A stretch of 64,000 bases of DNA from Escherichia phage EcWhh-1: the sequence record MH791409.1, one strand, 5' to 3'. Numbering within the stretch: the stretch's first letter is position 1; each line of letters begins with the position of its first letter. Both the position numbers and the translations under genes were made by a program. The notes below the pieces were generated by a model that saw nothing but the letters and a program-made list of their open reading frames with translations, made no database searches and was not told where the DNA came from. This document shows, one piece after another, positions 49,761-62,714 of the stretch.

Positions 49761-50626
49761 TTGATGTTTGGACATTGGTATAATAGTTCGCTACGTCGCT
49801 ATATTGTTTTGATGGGTGATTTATTTTCCCATGTTCAAGTAGCACGTCAAAGAGAAGATACAGGGCTTAAATTTATTAAGGTTCCTATTACGTATGCTTC
49901 TAAAGAAAGATTTATGGCTAATTTAGGTAAATGGACGGCAGTACAGAATATCCCAAATCCTAATATGACGCCAAAAGAAAGGGCTGAACAAAAAGCTAAG
50001 GTGGAAACTGTTCTTCCACGTATGAACCTCCAAATGGTTGACATGCTTTATAACTCACAATACAAAACAGCTCTTCAAAATAGAACACAAATTCAATTTG
50101 AGAATGGGGACCCTCGGAAACGAGTCAGCCAATATTCTCCTACTCCAGTAAAAATGATTTTTGAACTGGGTATTTACACTAGAACTCAAGATGATATGTT
50201 CCAGATTGTGGAACAAATTATGCCGTATTTCCAACCTCACTTTAATACAACAATTACCGAACTCTATACAAACGAAATTAAATTTGACCGTGATATTCGT
50301 ATTGTGTTCCAATCTATAGCAATGGACGAACAATTAGAAGGCGATACCACTTCACGTCGTCGCTTGGAATGGTCTATGATGTTTGAGGTTAACGGATGGC
50401 TATATCCTCCTGTTAAAGAAATGGAAGGCGAAATCAAAACCATTTATCTTGATTTCTTTGCCAACTCTAAAGAACTCGCTCCTGAGGGTAATTTTGAATC
50501 GGTTGATAGCGAAGTAGTTCCTAGAGGTGTAGAAGAAAAAGAATGGGACGGTAAATCCATTCAAACATATTCACAAGATATTCCGGTGCCTGTTGAACCA
50601 GAACCTCCAGCACCAAGGAGAAACCC

Positions 50627-50630
<4 letters not shown>
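49761..50630 (+). CDS. 15: tail sheath stabiliser/terminator gp15
   Basis: Strong similarity to recalled T4 gp15 ([12 protein letters not shown]...LMGDLFS). Confidence 0.9.
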
Positions 50631-52940
<2,310 letters not shown>

Positions 52941-52969
52941 ACAATAAAGCATAACCAAGAGGATTCAAA

Positions 52970-54952
52970 ATGGCTTTATTATCACCGGGCATTGAGCTCA
53001 AAGAAACGTCCGTACAGAGTACTGTCGTTCGTAACGCAACGGGTCGTGCAGCGCTGGTTGGTAAATTCCAGTGGGGCCCTGCTTTCCAGGTAACTCAGAT
53101 TACCAATGAAGTTGAACTGGTTGATTTGTTTGGAGGTCCTAATAACGAAGTAGCAGATTACTTTATGTCTGGTATGAACTTCCTCCAGTATGGTAATGAC
53201 CTTCGTACAGTTCGTGTCGTTAGTCGCGAATTTGCTAAAAACGCATCTCCTATCGCTGGTAATATTGAAACCACTATTACTACGGCTGGTTCCAACTATG
53301 CTGTAGGCGATAAAATTAATATTAAATATAACCAAACTGTAGTCGAATCTGAAGGTCGTGTGACTTCTGTAGATACAGACGGTAAAATTCTTTCTGTGTT
53401 TATTCCGTCAGCAAAAATTATTGCTTACGCCCGTTCTTTAAACCAGTATCCTACCCTAGGCCCGGCTTGGACTGCTGAAGTTACTTCTGCCTCTTCAGGT
53501 GTTTCCGGTACTATTACCGTTGGCCGAATTGTTACCGATTCCGGTATTCTTTTGACCGAAGCCGAGAATAGTGAAGAAGCTATTACTTCTCTTGAATTCC
53601 AAGCGGCCCTTAAGAAATTTGCTATGCCAGGCGTAGTGGCCCTTTATCCTGGTGAAATTGGTTCTACTCTGGAAGTAGAAATCGTTTCTAAAGCAGCTTA
53701 TGAAGCCGGTTCTTCTAAAATGTTGGATGTTTATCCTGGTGGCGGTACCCGTGCTTCTATTGCCAAGGCAGTATTTAATTACGGCCCACAAACAGATGAC
53801 CAATACGCAATTATCGTTCGTCGTGATGGCGCTATCGTAGAATCCGTCGTACTTTCTACCAAAGAAGGTGAAAAAGACGTTTACGGTAATAACATTTATC
53901 TTGACGATTATTTCGCTAAAGGTACTTCTAATTACATCTATGCGACTTCTCTGAACTGGCCGAAAGGATTTAGCGGTATCATTAATCTGTCTGGTGGTAT
54001 TTCCGCCAACGATAAAGTTACTGCAGGCGATTTGATGCAGGGTTGGGATTTGTTTGCCGACCGTGAAGCACTCCATATTAACCTGCTTATTGCTGGTGCT
54101 GTTGCTGGTGAAGGCGATGAAGTGGCTTCTACTGTTCAGAAACACGTTGTGAGTATTGCTGATGAACGTCAGGATTGCTTAGCATTTATTTCTCCTCCTA
54201 AAGGTCTGTTGGTTAACGTTCCACTAACTCGTGCAGTAGATAACCTTATCGACTGGCGTACCGGTGCCGGTAATTTCGATGCCAACAACATGAACATCAG
54301 TACTACTTATGCCGCTATTGATGGTAACTATAAATATCAATACGACAAATATAACGACGTAAACCGTTGGGTACCACTGGCTGCCGATTTGGCTGGTTTG
54401 TGTGCACGTACTGATGATGTGTCTCAGCCTTGGATGTCTCCTGCCGGTTATAACCGTGGTCAGATTCTTAACGTTCTGAAATTGGCAATTGAACCACGTC
54501 AAGCACAACGTGACCGCATGTACCAGGAAGCTATTAATCCGGTTGTTGGTTTTGCTGGTGGTGATGGTTTCGTATTGTTTGGTGATAAGACTGCAACTAA
54601 AGTTCCATCTCCGATGGACCACATTAACGTTCGCCGTCTGTTCAACATGCTTAAGAAAAATATCGGTGATGCCTCTAAATATAAACTGTTTGAATTGAAC
54701 GATAACTTCACTCGTTCAAGCTTCCGTATGGAAGTTTCTCAGTACTTAGATGGTATTAAGGCACTTGGTGGGATTTATGAAGGACGTGTGGTTTGTGATA
54801 CTACAGTGAACACCCCTGCGGTTATCGACCGTAATGAGTTTATTGCTAATATCTATGTTAAACCTGCTCGTTCTATTAACTACATCACGTTGAACTTCGT
54901 TGCAACGAGCACTGGTGCTGATTTTGATGAATTGATTGGACCTTTAGTATAA
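52970..54952 (+). CDS. 18: tail sheath protein gp18
   Basis: Synteny and size (660 aa). Confidence 0.9.
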   Translation: MALLSPGIELKETSVQSTVVRNATGRAALVGKFQWGPAFQVTQITNEVELVDLFGGPNNEVADYFMSGMNFLQYGNDLRTVRVVSREFAKNASPIAGNIETTITTAGSNYAVGDKINIKYNQTVVESEGRVTSVDTDGKILSVFIPSAKIIAYARSLNQYPTLGPAWTAEVTSASSGVSGTITVGRIVTDSGILLTEAENSEEAITSLEFQAALKKFAMPGVVALYPGEIGSTLEVEIVSKAAYEAGSSKMLDVYPGGGTRASIAKAVFNYGPQTDDQYAIIVRRDGAIVESVVLSTKEGEKDVYGNNIYLDDYFAKGTSNYIYATSLNWPKGFSGIINLSGGISANDKVTAGDLMQGWDLFADREALHINLLIAGAVAGEGDEVASTVQKHVVSIADERQDCLAFISPPKGLLVNVPLTRAVDNLIDWRTGAGNFDANNMNISTTYAAIDGNYKYQYDKYNDVNRWVPLAADLAGLCARTDDVSQPWMSPAGYNRGQILNVLKLAIEPRQAQRDRMYQEAINPVVGFAGGDGFVLFGDKTATKVPSPMDHINVRRLFNMLKKNIGDASKYKLFELNDNFTRSSFRMEVSQYLDGIKALGGIYEGRVVCDTTVNTPAVIDRNEFIANIYVKPARSINYITLNFVATSTGADFDELIGPLV

Positions 54953-55076
54953 TCTATTATCCCAGGCTGTAATATAAAGAACCTAAAACCATTATACCAT
55001 GTGTTTGGTTACAGCGTACATCACGTAGAATTGCGCCTGGGATTGATTAACTATCAGGAATATGATTTATCAACTG

Positions 55077-55084
55077 TTATAAAT
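55077..55084 (+). promoter_or_regulatory. late promoter TATAAATA box (gene 19)
   Basis: Exact TATAAATA upstream of gene 19. Confidence 0.55.
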
Positions 55085-55137
55085 AAATTAATCAGAACGT
55101 TCCTGGTGTGGCCAGGAACTGACTTATGAGGCATCCC

Positions 55138-55629
55138 ATGGAGTTGACAGATATCACTCGTGCGTTTGAGTCAGGTGACTTTGCACGCCCTAACCTTTTC
55201 GAAGTGGAAATTCCATTTCTTGGTAAAAACTTTAGCTTTAAATGTAAAGCAGCACCTATGCCGGCAGGCATTGTAGAAAAAGTACCGGTTGGCTACATGA
55301 ACCGTAAAATTAACGTAGCTGGCGACCGTACGTTTGATGATTGGACCATTACCATTTACAACGATGATGCCCATGACACCCGTCAGGCAATTGTTGATTG
55401 GCAAAACCTCTGCCATGGTATGACCAATGAAATTACAGGTGCAGCACCTGCAGAATATAAGAAACAAGCAGTTGTTCGTCAGTTCCATCGTGACGGTAAG
55501 ACTGTGACTAAAGAAGTTACAATTTATGGCTTATGGCCTACTAACGTTGGTGAAGTCCAGATGGATTGGGATTCAAACAACGAGGTAGAAACTTTCGAAT
55601 CTACGTTCGCTATCGATTGGTGGGAATGA
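55138..55629 (+). CDS. 19: tail tube protein gp19
   Basis: Strong similarity to recalled T4 gp19 (TRAFESGDFARPNLF...); second in-frame ATG gives 163 aa as in T4. Confidence 0.9.
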   Translation: MELTDITRAFESGDFARPNLFEVEIPFLGKNFSFKCKAAPMPAGIVEKVPVGYMNRKINVAGDRTFDDWTITIYNDDAHDTRQAIVDWQNLCHGMTNEITGAAPAEYKKQAVVRQFHRDGKTVTKEVTIYGLWPTNVGEVQMDWDSNNEVETFESTFAIDWWE

Positions 55630-55630
55630 G

Positions 55631-55638
55631 TATAAATA
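55631..55638 (+). promoter_or_regulatory. late promoter TATAAATA box (gene 20)
   Basis: Exact TATAAATA ~50 nt upstream of gene 20. Confidence 0.55.
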
Positions 55639-55641
55639 GAA

Positions 55642-55662
55642 TTATAAAGGAGCTTCGGCTCC
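55642..55662 (+). terminator. hairpin (GGAGCttcgGCTCC)
   Basis: Stem-loop after gene 19. Confidence 0.45.
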
Positions 55663-55686
55663 TTATCCCATTCATCGGAGACTCTA

Positions 55687-57261
55687 ATGGCAAACTTTAA
55701 TACAATATTAAGTTTTCTTAAGCCATGGGCTAATGAAGACGAAAAAGAATATAAACAACAAATTAATAACAATTTAGAGTCTGTCACTGCACCTAAGCTT
55801 GATGATGGCGCTCGCGAAATTGAAACCCAAGAGCAAAATATTCCTTATAACGCTCTTATGCAACAAATGTTTGGTAGTAATGAGCCTGAAGTTAAAAACA
55901 CCAGGGAACTCATTGATACCTACCGTAATTTGATGAACAACTATGAAGTCGATAACGCAGTTCAAGAAATTGTGTCTGACGCTATTGTCTACGAGGATGA
56001 TAAAGAAGTAGTTGCATTAAATTTAGACGGGACAGAGTTCAGTCAATCAATTAAAGATAAAATTTTGGCTGAATTTAGTGAAGTTTTGAATCTTTTAAAT
56101 TTCCAACGTAAAGGCACTGACCATTTCCAACGTTGGTATGTAGACTCGAGAATATTCTTTCATAAAATTATAAACCCTAAAAAAATGAAAGATGGCGTAC
56201 AAGAGCTTCGACGCTTAGACCCGCGCCAAGTCCAATACATTCGTGAAATTGTTACACGTATGGAAGATGGTGTTAAAATTGTAGATGGGTACCGCGAGTT
56301 TTTCGTTTACGATACTGGTCATGAAAGTTATTGTGCTGATGGACGCATTTATTCAGCTGGGACTAAAGTTAAAATTCCTCGTGCCGCTGTAGTTTATGCA
56401 CATTCTGGATTATTAGATTGTTGTGGTAAAAACATCATTGGCTATTTGCAACGTGCTATTAAGCCTGCAAACCAGCTTAAATTGATGGAAGACGCAATGG
56501 TCATCTACCGTATTACACGTGCTCCTGACCGTCGTGTGTTTTATATCGATACAGGTAATATGCCTTCACGTAAGGCTGCAGCACAAATGCAACATATCAT
56601 GAACACGATGAAAAACCGTGTGGTATATGATGCTTCGACCGGTAAAATTAAAAACCAGCAACATAATATGTCAATGACCGAAGACTATTGGTTGCAACGT
56701 CGAGACGGTAAAGCGGTAACAGAAGTTGATACCATGCCTGGTGCCACAGGTATGAGTGATATGGATGACGTTCTTTATTTCCGCACAGCACTTTATCGTG
56801 CGCTGCGTATCCCAGAGTCACGTATCCCTAGTGAATCTAATTCCGGTGTTATGTTTGATGCTGGTACGGCTATAACTCGTGATGAGTTGAAATTTGCTAA
56901 ATGGATTCGACAGCTCCAAAATAAATTTGAAGAAATTTTCTTAGACCCATTAAAAACAAACCTCATTCTTAAAAAGATTATTACAGAAGATGAGTGGGAA
57001 AGAGAAATAAATAATATTAAAGTTACGTTCAACCGTGATAGCTATTTCAGTGAAATGAAAGATGCGGAAATCATGGAACGCAGAATCAATATGCTAACGA
57101 TGGCTGAACCATTTATTGGTAAGTATATTTCGCATCAAACGGCTATGAAAGATTTCCTTCAGATGACTGACGAAGAAATTAATCAAGAAGCTAAGCAAAT
57201 TGAAGAAGAGTCTAAAGAGGCTCGTTTCCAAAACCCAGATGAAGAAGAAGAGGATTTCTAA
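55687..57261 (+). CDS. 20: portal vertex protein gp20
   Basis: Synteny and exact T4 length (524 aa). Confidence 0.9.
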   Translation: MANFNTILSFLKPWANEDEKEYKQQINNNLESVTAPKLDDGAREIETQEQNIPYNALMQQMFGSNEPEVKNTRELIDTYRNLMNNYEVDNAVQEIVSDAIVYEDDKEVVALNLDGTEFSQSIKDKILAEFSEVLNLLNFQRKGTDHFQRWYVDSRIFFHKIINPKKMKDGVQELRRLDPRQVQYIREIVTRMEDGVKIVDGYREFFVYDTGHESYCADGRIYSAGTKVKIPRAAVVYAHSGLLDCCGKNIIGYLQRAIKPANQLKLMEDAMVIYRITRAPDRRVFYIDTGNMPSRKAAAQMQHIMNTMKNRVVYDASTGKIKNQQHNMSMTEDYWLQRRDGKAVTEVDTMPGATGMSDMDDVLYFRTALYRALRIPESRIPSESNSGVMFDAGTAITRDELKFAKWIRQLQNKFEEIFLDPLKTNLILKKIITEDEWEREINNIKVTFNRDSYFSEMKDAEIMERRINMLTMAEPFIGKYISHQTAMKDFLQMTDEEINQEAKQIEEESKEARFQNPDEEEEDF

Positions 57262-57527
57262 TGGAAGATTTAATCGAAGCTATTAAATCAAACGACCTCG
57301 TAGCAGTTCGTAAAGCAGCAGGCCCGCTTATCGAATCTCGAGTAGCCGCTTTGATTGAAGCCCGTAAAGCAGAAATTGCTCGCTCCGTTATGATTGAAGG
57401 CGAAGAAGCCGATAAAGATGACGAAGACGAAGATAAAGACGAAAAATCCGATAAAGCAGATAAGAAAGACAAAAAAGAATCTGACGATGCGGATGAAGGT
57501 GATGAAGACGACGAGGACGACGAATAA
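57261..57527 (+). CDS. 67: prohead core protein gp67
   Basis: Small protein with highly acidic C-terminus between 20 and 68. Confidence 0.8.
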   Translation: MEDLIEAIKSNDLVAVRKAAGPLIESRVAALIEARKAEIARSVMIEGEEADKDDEDEDKDEKSDKADKKDKKESDDADEGDEDDEDDE

Positions 57528-57955
57528 TGTTCCTTATCCCTGATGATTACGAATTAACTCTAGAAAGCGTAGAGGCCAAAATTCCAGAAGCACAGGGACG
57601 TTTTGCTACTCTTTCTGAAGCCCTCGAGAAAAGCGATATAAATAATCTTGTAGAGAACATGATTGCTGATGGTGATATCGATACAGCTATCGCCATTGCC
57701 TCTTTGAATGAAAATATGGCTCTTAACGAATTTATCGTTAAGCACGTCTCTTCTAAAGGTGAGCTTACTCGTACTAAAGATATTAAAACCCGTCAACGCA
57801 ACGCTTATCAAACGACTGGGTTGTCTAAAGCAAAACGCCGTCAGATTGCTCGCAAAGCGTCTAAAACCAAACGTGCTAACCCGTCTACTCAAGTACGTGC
57901 TGAACGTAAGCGTAAGAAAGCTCGTTCTAAACGTAAAGCCTTTGGACTTAACTAA
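57527..57955 (+). CDS. 68: prohead core protein gp68
   Basis: Synteny and size (142 aa), basic C-terminus. Confidence 0.8.
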   Translation: MFLIPDDYELTLESVEAKIPEAQGRFATLSEALEKSDINNLVENMIADGDIDTAIAIASLNENMALNEFIVKHVSSKGELTRTKDIKTRQRNAYQTTGLSKAKRRQIARKASKTKRANPSTQVRAERKRKKARSKRKAFGLN

Positions 57956-58590
57956 TGAAACCTGAATTGCTCATCGAACATTGGGGACAACCAGGTGAAA
58001 TTATCGATGGGGTTCCGATGTTGGAATCTCATGATGGAAAAGATTCTGGACTTGCCCCGGGCCTTTATATAGAAGGCATATTCATGCAAGCCGAAGTGGT
58101 TAACCGTAATAAACGCCTTTATCCAAAACCTATTTTGGAAAAAGCTGTTGCTGATTATATGGCAGAACAGGTTGCTACTAAACAAGCTTTAGGAGAATTA
58201 AATCATCCGCCTCGTGCTAACGTCGACCCTATGCAAGCCGCTATTATTATTGAAGATATGTGGTGGAAAGGTAATGACGTTTATGGACGTGCTCGTATTA
58301 TTGAAGGCGACCATGGTCCTGGTGATAAACTAGCTGCTAATATTAGAGCCGGTTGGGTGCCTGGTGTTAGTTCTCGTGGTCTAGGTTCTTTAACCGAAAC
58401 CAATAAAGGATATAAGCGTGTAAACGAAGGTTATAAATTAACCGTCGGTGTTGATGCAGTATGGGGCCCATCTGCTCCTGATGCTTATGTAACTCCTAAA
58501 CAAATTACAGAATCACAAACGGTAGATACCGATACCAGTGCCGATGACGCCTTTATGGCTCTCGCAGAGGCCATGAAAAAAGCGTTATAA
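57955..58590 (+). CDS. 21: prohead core protease gp21
   Basis: Strong similarity to recalled T4 gp21 (LLIEHWGQPGEIIDGVPMLESHDGKD). Confidence 0.95.
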   Translation: MKPELLIEHWGQPGEIIDGVPMLESHDGKDSGLAPGLYIEGIFMQAEVVNRNKRLYPKPILEKAVADYMAEQVATKQALGELNHPPRANVDPMQAAIIIEDMWWKGNDVYGRARIIEGDHGPGDKLAANIRAGWVPGVSSRGLGSLTETNKGYKRVNEGYKLTVGVDAVWGPSAPDAYVTPKQITESQTVDTDTSADDAFMALAEAMKKAL

Positions 58591-58593
58591 ATA
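58586..58593 (+). promoter_or_regulatory. late promoter TATAAATA box (gene 22)
   Basis: Exact TATAAATA ~28 nt upstream of gene 22. Confidence 0.55.
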
Positions 58594-58620
58594 TTATTAT
58601 CTAAACAACAGGACTACAAA

Positions 58621-59436
58621 ATGCTTAAAGAACAACTGATCGCCGAAGCACAGAATATTGATGCTTCCGTTGCTCTTGACAGTATTTTCGAATCAGTTAA
58701 TATTTCTCCGGAAGCAAAAGAAACTTTCGGCACTGTATTCGAAGCTACCGTCAAGCAACACGCCGTTAAACTGGCTGAATCTCACATCGCTAAAATCGCT
58801 GAAAAAGCGGAAGAAGAAGTTGAGAAAAATAAAGAAGAAGCTGAAGAAAAAGCTGATAAGAAAATCCAAGAAGCTGCCGGTCGTTTCCTTGACCACGTCG
58901 CTAAAGAATGGATGGCTGAAAACCAGCTGGCTGTTGATAAAGGTATTAAAGCTGAACTGTTCGAATCCATGTTGATGGGTATGAAAGAACTGTTTGTTGA
59001 ACACAATGTGGTTGTTCCAGAAGAAGCAGTGGATGTTGTTGCTGAAATGGAAGAAGAACTCCAAGAGCAGAAAGATGAAACCGCTCGTCTGTTCGAAGAA
59101 GTTGGTAAGCGTGATGCATATATTAATTACGTACAGCGTGAAGTTGCATTGACTGAAGCAACTAAAGACCTGACTGAATCTCAGAAAGAAAAAGTTAGTT
59201 CTCTGGTAGAAGGCATGGATTATTCCGATGCATTTGGTAAAAAAATTGGCGCTATCGTTGAAATGGTTAAAGGCCAGACTGACGTTGAAAAACCAATCAC
59301 CGAAGCCGCTATAAATAAAACTGAAGACGATGCTGCAGCACTGAATTATATTTCGGAAGCAGTTGAAGAAAAAGGCGCTAAGCCTACCCTGTCCTTCGCG
59401 GACCTGTCTGCAATCGCAGCATCTCGAATTTCTTAA
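58621..59436 (+). CDS. 22: prohead core scaffold protein gp22
   Basis: Glu/Lys-rich helical scaffold, synteny, size 271 aa. Confidence 0.9.
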   Translation: MLKEQLIAEAQNIDASVALDSIFESVNISPEAKETFGTVFEATVKQHAVKLAESHIAKIAEKAEEEVEKNKEEAEEKADKKIQEAAGRFLDHVAKEWMAENQLAVDKGIKAELFESMLMGMKELFVEHNVVVPEEAVDVVAEMEEELQEQKDETARLFEEVGKRDAYINYVQREVALTEATKDLTESQKEKVSSLVEGMDYSDAFGKKIGAIVEMVKGQTDVEKPITEAAINKTEDDAAALNYISEAVEEKGAKPTLSFADLSAIAASRIS

Positions 59437-59457
59437 TTTAATAAGGTTATACAACAC

Positions 59458-61017
59458 ATGAAAAAGAATGCATTAGTTCAAAAATGGTCCGCTCTGCTGG
59501 AAAACGAAGCTCTTCCTGAAATCGTTGGCGCTTCTAAACAAGCTATCATCGCTAAAATTTTCGAAAACCAGGAACAAGACATCCTGACTGCTCCGGAATA
59601 CCGTGACGAAAAAATCTCTGAAGCATTTGGTTCTTTCCTGACCGAAGCTGAAATCGGTGGTGACCACGGTTATGATGCTACCAATATCGCAGCTGGCCAG
59701 ACCTCTGGTGCTGTAACTCAGATTGGGCCGGCAGTAATGGGTATGGTTCGTCGTGCTATTCCTCATCTGATTGCTTTTGATATTTGTGGTGTTCAGCCTC
59801 TGAATAACCCTACCGGTCAGGTATTTGCACTGCGTGCAGTATATGGTAAAGACCCTATCGCTGCAGGCGCTAAAGAAGCTTTCCATCCGATGTATGCTCC
59901 GAACGCTATGTTCTCTGGTCAGGGTGCTGCTGAAACTTTCGAAGCACTGGCTGCAAGCAAAGTTCTGGAAGTTGGTAAAATTTATTCTCACTTCTTCGAA
60001 GCTACCGGTTCTGCACACTTCCAGGCTGTTGAAGCTGTAACCGTTGATGCAGGCGCTACTGATGCCGCTAAACTGGATGCTGCTGTTACCGCTCTGGTTG
60101 AAGCTGGTCAGCTGGCTGAAATCGCTGAAGGTATGGCTACTTCTATCGCAGAACTTCAGGAAGGTTTCAACGGTTCTACCGATAACCCGTGGAACGAAAT
60201 GGGCTTCCGCATCGACAAACAAGTTATCGAAGCTAAATCTCGTCAGCTGAAAGCAAGCTACTCTATCGAACTGGCACAGGATCTTCGTGCAGTACACGGT
60301 ATGGATGCAGATGCTGAACTGTCCGGTATCCTTGCTACCGAAATTATGCTCGAAATCAACCGTGAAGTTATCGATTGGATTAACTACTCTGCACAGGTTG
60401 GTAAATCTGGTATGACCAACACCGTTGGCGCTAAAGCTGGTGTGTTTGACTTCCAGGACCCGATTGATATCCGTGGTGCTCGTTGGGCCGGTGAGAGCTT
60501 TAAAGCCCTTCTGTTCCAGATTGATAAAGAAGCAGCCGAAATCGCTCGTCAGACCGGTCGTGGTGCTGGTAACTTCATCATCGCTTCCCGTAACGTAGTT
60601 AACGTACTGGCTGCAGTTGATACTTCTGTAAGTTATGCAGCTCAAGGTCTGGGTCAGGGTTTCAACGTTGACACAACCAAAGCAGTATTTGCCGGTGTTC
60701 TTGGTGGTAAATATCGTGTTTACATCGACCAGTATGCTCGTTCCGATTACTTCACCATCGGTTATAAAGGTTCCAACGAAATGGACGCAGGTATCTACTA
60801 TGCTCCGTACGTTGCACTGACTCCGCTGCGTGGTTCCGATCCGAAGAACTTCCAACCGGTAATGGGCTTCAAAACTCGTTACGGTATCGGTATTAACCCG
60901 TTCGCTGACCCAGCTGCTCAGGCGCCTACCAAACGTATTCAGAATGGTATGCCTGACATCGTTAACAGCCTCGGTCTGAATGGTTACTTCCGTCGCGTAT
61001 ATGTTAAAGGTATCTAA
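59458..61017 (+). CDS. 23: major capsid protein gp23
   Basis: Very high similarity to recalled T4 gp23 along the whole length. Confidence 0.97.
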   Translation: MKKNALVQKWSALLENEALPEIVGASKQAIIAKIFENQEQDILTAPEYRDEKISEAFGSFLTEAEIGGDHGYDATNIAAGQTSGAVTQIGPAVMGMVRRAIPHLIAFDICGVQPLNNPTGQVFALRAVYGKDPIAAGAKEAFHPMYAPNAMFSGQGAAETFEALAASKVLEVGKIYSHFFEATGSAHFQAVEAVTVDAGATDAAKLDAAVTALVEAGQLAEIAEGMATSIAELQEGFNGSTDNPWNEMGFRIDKQVIEAKSRQLKASYSIELAQDLRAVHGMDADAELSGILATEIMLEINREVIDWINYSAQVGKSGMTNTVGAKAGVFDFQDPIDIRGARWAGESFKALLFQIDKEAAEIARQTGRGAGNFIIASRNVVNVLAAVDTSVSYAAQGLGQGFNVDTTKAVFAGVLGGKYRVYIDQYARSDYFTIGYKGSNEMDAGIYYAPYVALTPLRGSDPKNFQPVMGFKTRYGIGINPFADPAAQAPTKRIQNGMPDIVNSLGLNGYFRRVYVKGI

Positions 61018-61021
61018 TATA

Positions 61022-61048
61022 AACCTTATTATGGGAGACTTCGGTCTC
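61022..61048. terminator. bidirectional hairpin (GGGAGACttcgGTCTCCC) between convergent genes
   Basis: Perfect stem between gp23 stop and stop of minus-strand 61066..61332. Confidence 0.6.
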
Positions 61049-61065
61049 CCATTCTTGTTTCTATA

Positions 61066-61332
61066 CTATGCAATCTTAACACGACGGTTGATGATATCAC
61101 GGAAGTCAATACGATTTTCTTGGATTTTCAGCCAGTTACCAGATTTGTCTTTGGTATGGGTAGAGTATTCACCGTTCCACCAGAAGTCGGTAGCATAAGC
61201 CATGGCTTCGTATTTCTTAACTAGTGCATTCACTGCATTACCGTTAGGATTGGAACCATATTTTTCTACCAGGGCTTTGATGTCTTTATCAAGAGCGGAA
61301 AGAGTAGTACGAATAAAGTTTAACTTGTTCAT
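61066..61332 (-). CDS. hypothetical protein, 88 aa, antisense to the late cluster
   Basis: ATG at 61332 with GAGGAGA SD; early promoter element just upstream; occupies the 23-24 interval. Confidence 0.55.
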   Translation of the reverse strand: MNKLNFIRTTLSALDKDIKALVEKYGSNPNGNAVNALVKKYEAMAYATDFWWNGEYSTHTKDKSGNWLKIQENRIDFRDIINRRVKIA

Positions 61333-61350
61333 TTTTAATCTCCTCATGTT

Positions 61351-61392
61351 TTGATAGGTCTATAGTAACATGTGATAACCTTGCTGTAAACA
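61351..61392 (-). promoter_or_regulatory. early promoter element
   Basis: GATAGGTCTATAGTAACAT plus TGTAAACA. Confidence 0.55.
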
Positions 61393-61397
61393 ACTTT

Positions 61398-61405
61398 TAT
61401 AAATA
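61398..61405 (+). promoter_or_regulatory. late promoter TATAAATA box (gene 24)
   Basis: Exact TATAAATA ~28 nt upstream of gene 24. Confidence 0.6.
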
Positions 61406-61433
61406 AACATATACCCTCAATAAGGAAAGCGCA

Positions 61434-62714
61434 ATGGCAAAGATTAACGAATTACTGCGCGAGTCAACAACTACTTCTAGCAACTCATTGGGTCGCCCTA
61501 ATCTTGTTGCTTTGACCCGTGCTACAACCAAATTGATTTACCGTGATATTATTGCTGAACAACGTACTAGCCAGCCTATTGCTGCATTGTATGGTGTCAA
61601 ATATCTTACTCCTGATAATGAATTTAGCTTCCAAACTGGTGCCGTTTATGGTGGTGAAGTTGGTTCTAAAGACCGTGAAACTATCCCGGAACTCACAGAT
61701 AAGGCCCAGGCTATTGCCAAGGGCGAATATTTCAAGTATCAGAACATAGTTTATAAGGCTCTTCAAGCAAGCCCACTCGCATCCACTAGCGCTACAGAAT
61801 TGGCTGATGCCCTTCAAGAAGGTTTGGTGTCATTAACATGTCGTCTGGTTCCTGATGCGGCTCACACAGAGAAATTCGAAGCAGGTGATGTTGAAATTAG
61901 TAATGCAGTATTCCAGGTTAATAAATGGAACGCACCTGTTAAGTCTCGTAAACTTAAAACCGCTTTGACTGTAGAACTAGCCCAAGACATGGAATCCAAT
62001 GGCTTCGACGCCCCTGCGTTCTTAGAAGACCTTTTAGCCACTGTAATGGCTGATGAAATCAATAAAGACGTACTACAATCCTTGATTACCGTATCTAAAC
62101 GTTACAAAGTAACTGGTGTATCTGATAATGGTATTATTGATTTGTCCTATAATTCTGCCCCAGAAAGTGCACGTAAATTATATGAAATGGTTTGTGAGAT
62201 GAATTCTGAAATTCAGAAAACCACTTCTTATTCAGGTACGTTTGTTGTCGCATCTAGTCGTGCTGCTGCTATGCTCGCTGGTTCAGGTTGGTTGAAACAT
62301 AAACCAGAAGATGAAGCTTGGCTCCCAGAAACTGCTTACGGTTATTTGATTAATGGATTGCCTGTATTCTGTGATGTTAATAGTCCTTTAGATTATGTTA
62401 TCGTAGGCGTTAAAGAAGATTACGGCGGTAATGAAGTAGTTGGTTCTATTTTCTATGCCCCGTATACCGAAGGTCTGGATTTAGACGACCCAGAACATGT
62501 TGGTGCGTATAAAGTTATTGTAGACCCTGATAGTTTACAACCGGCTATTTCTCTGATGGTTCGTTATGCACTTTCAGCAAACCCATATACCGTTGCTAAA
62601 GATGATAAAGAAGCTCGTGTTATAGACGCAACTAATATGGATTTAATGGCAGGTCAGAGTAACATGTCTTATCTGCTTGGTGTTAAACTTCCTCCTATTA
62701 TTTACGAGGCATAA
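61434..62714 (+). CDS. 24: head vertex protein gp24
   Basis: High similarity to recalled T4 gp24 (MAKINELLRESTTT...). Confidence 0.95.
   Translation: MAKINELLRESTTTSSNSLGRPNLVALTRATTKLIYRDIIAEQRTSQPIAALYGVKYLTPDNEFSFQTGAVYGGEVGSKDRETIPELTDKAQAIAKGEYFKYQNIVYKALQASPLASTSATELADALQEGLVSLTCRLVPDAAHTEKFEAGDVEISNAVFQVNKWNAPVKSRKLKTALTVELAQDMESNGFDAPAFLEDLLATVMADEINKDVLQSLITVSKRYKVTGVSDNGIIDLSYNSAPESARKLYEMVCEMNSEIQKTTSYSGTFVVASSRAAAMLAGSGWLKHKPEDEAWLPETAYGYLINGLPVFCDVNSPLDYVIVGVKEDYGGNEVVGSIFYAPYTEGLDLDDPEHVGAYKVIVDPDSLQPAISLMVRYALSANPYTVAKDDKEARVIDATNMDLMAGQSNMSYLLGVKLPPIIYEA

Noticed and set aside
53495-54145. 216-aa minus-strand ORF, with similar antisense ORFs at 52982..53335 and 54224..54622
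   Set aside because: Nested antisense inside tail sheath gene 18.
58693-59457. 254-aa minus-strand ORF
   Set aside because: Antisense to the Glu/Lys-rich scaffold gene 22; low-complexity sequence yields a long open frame.
59473-60855. 460-aa minus-strand ORF
   Set aside because: Antisense to the highly conserved major capsid gene 23.
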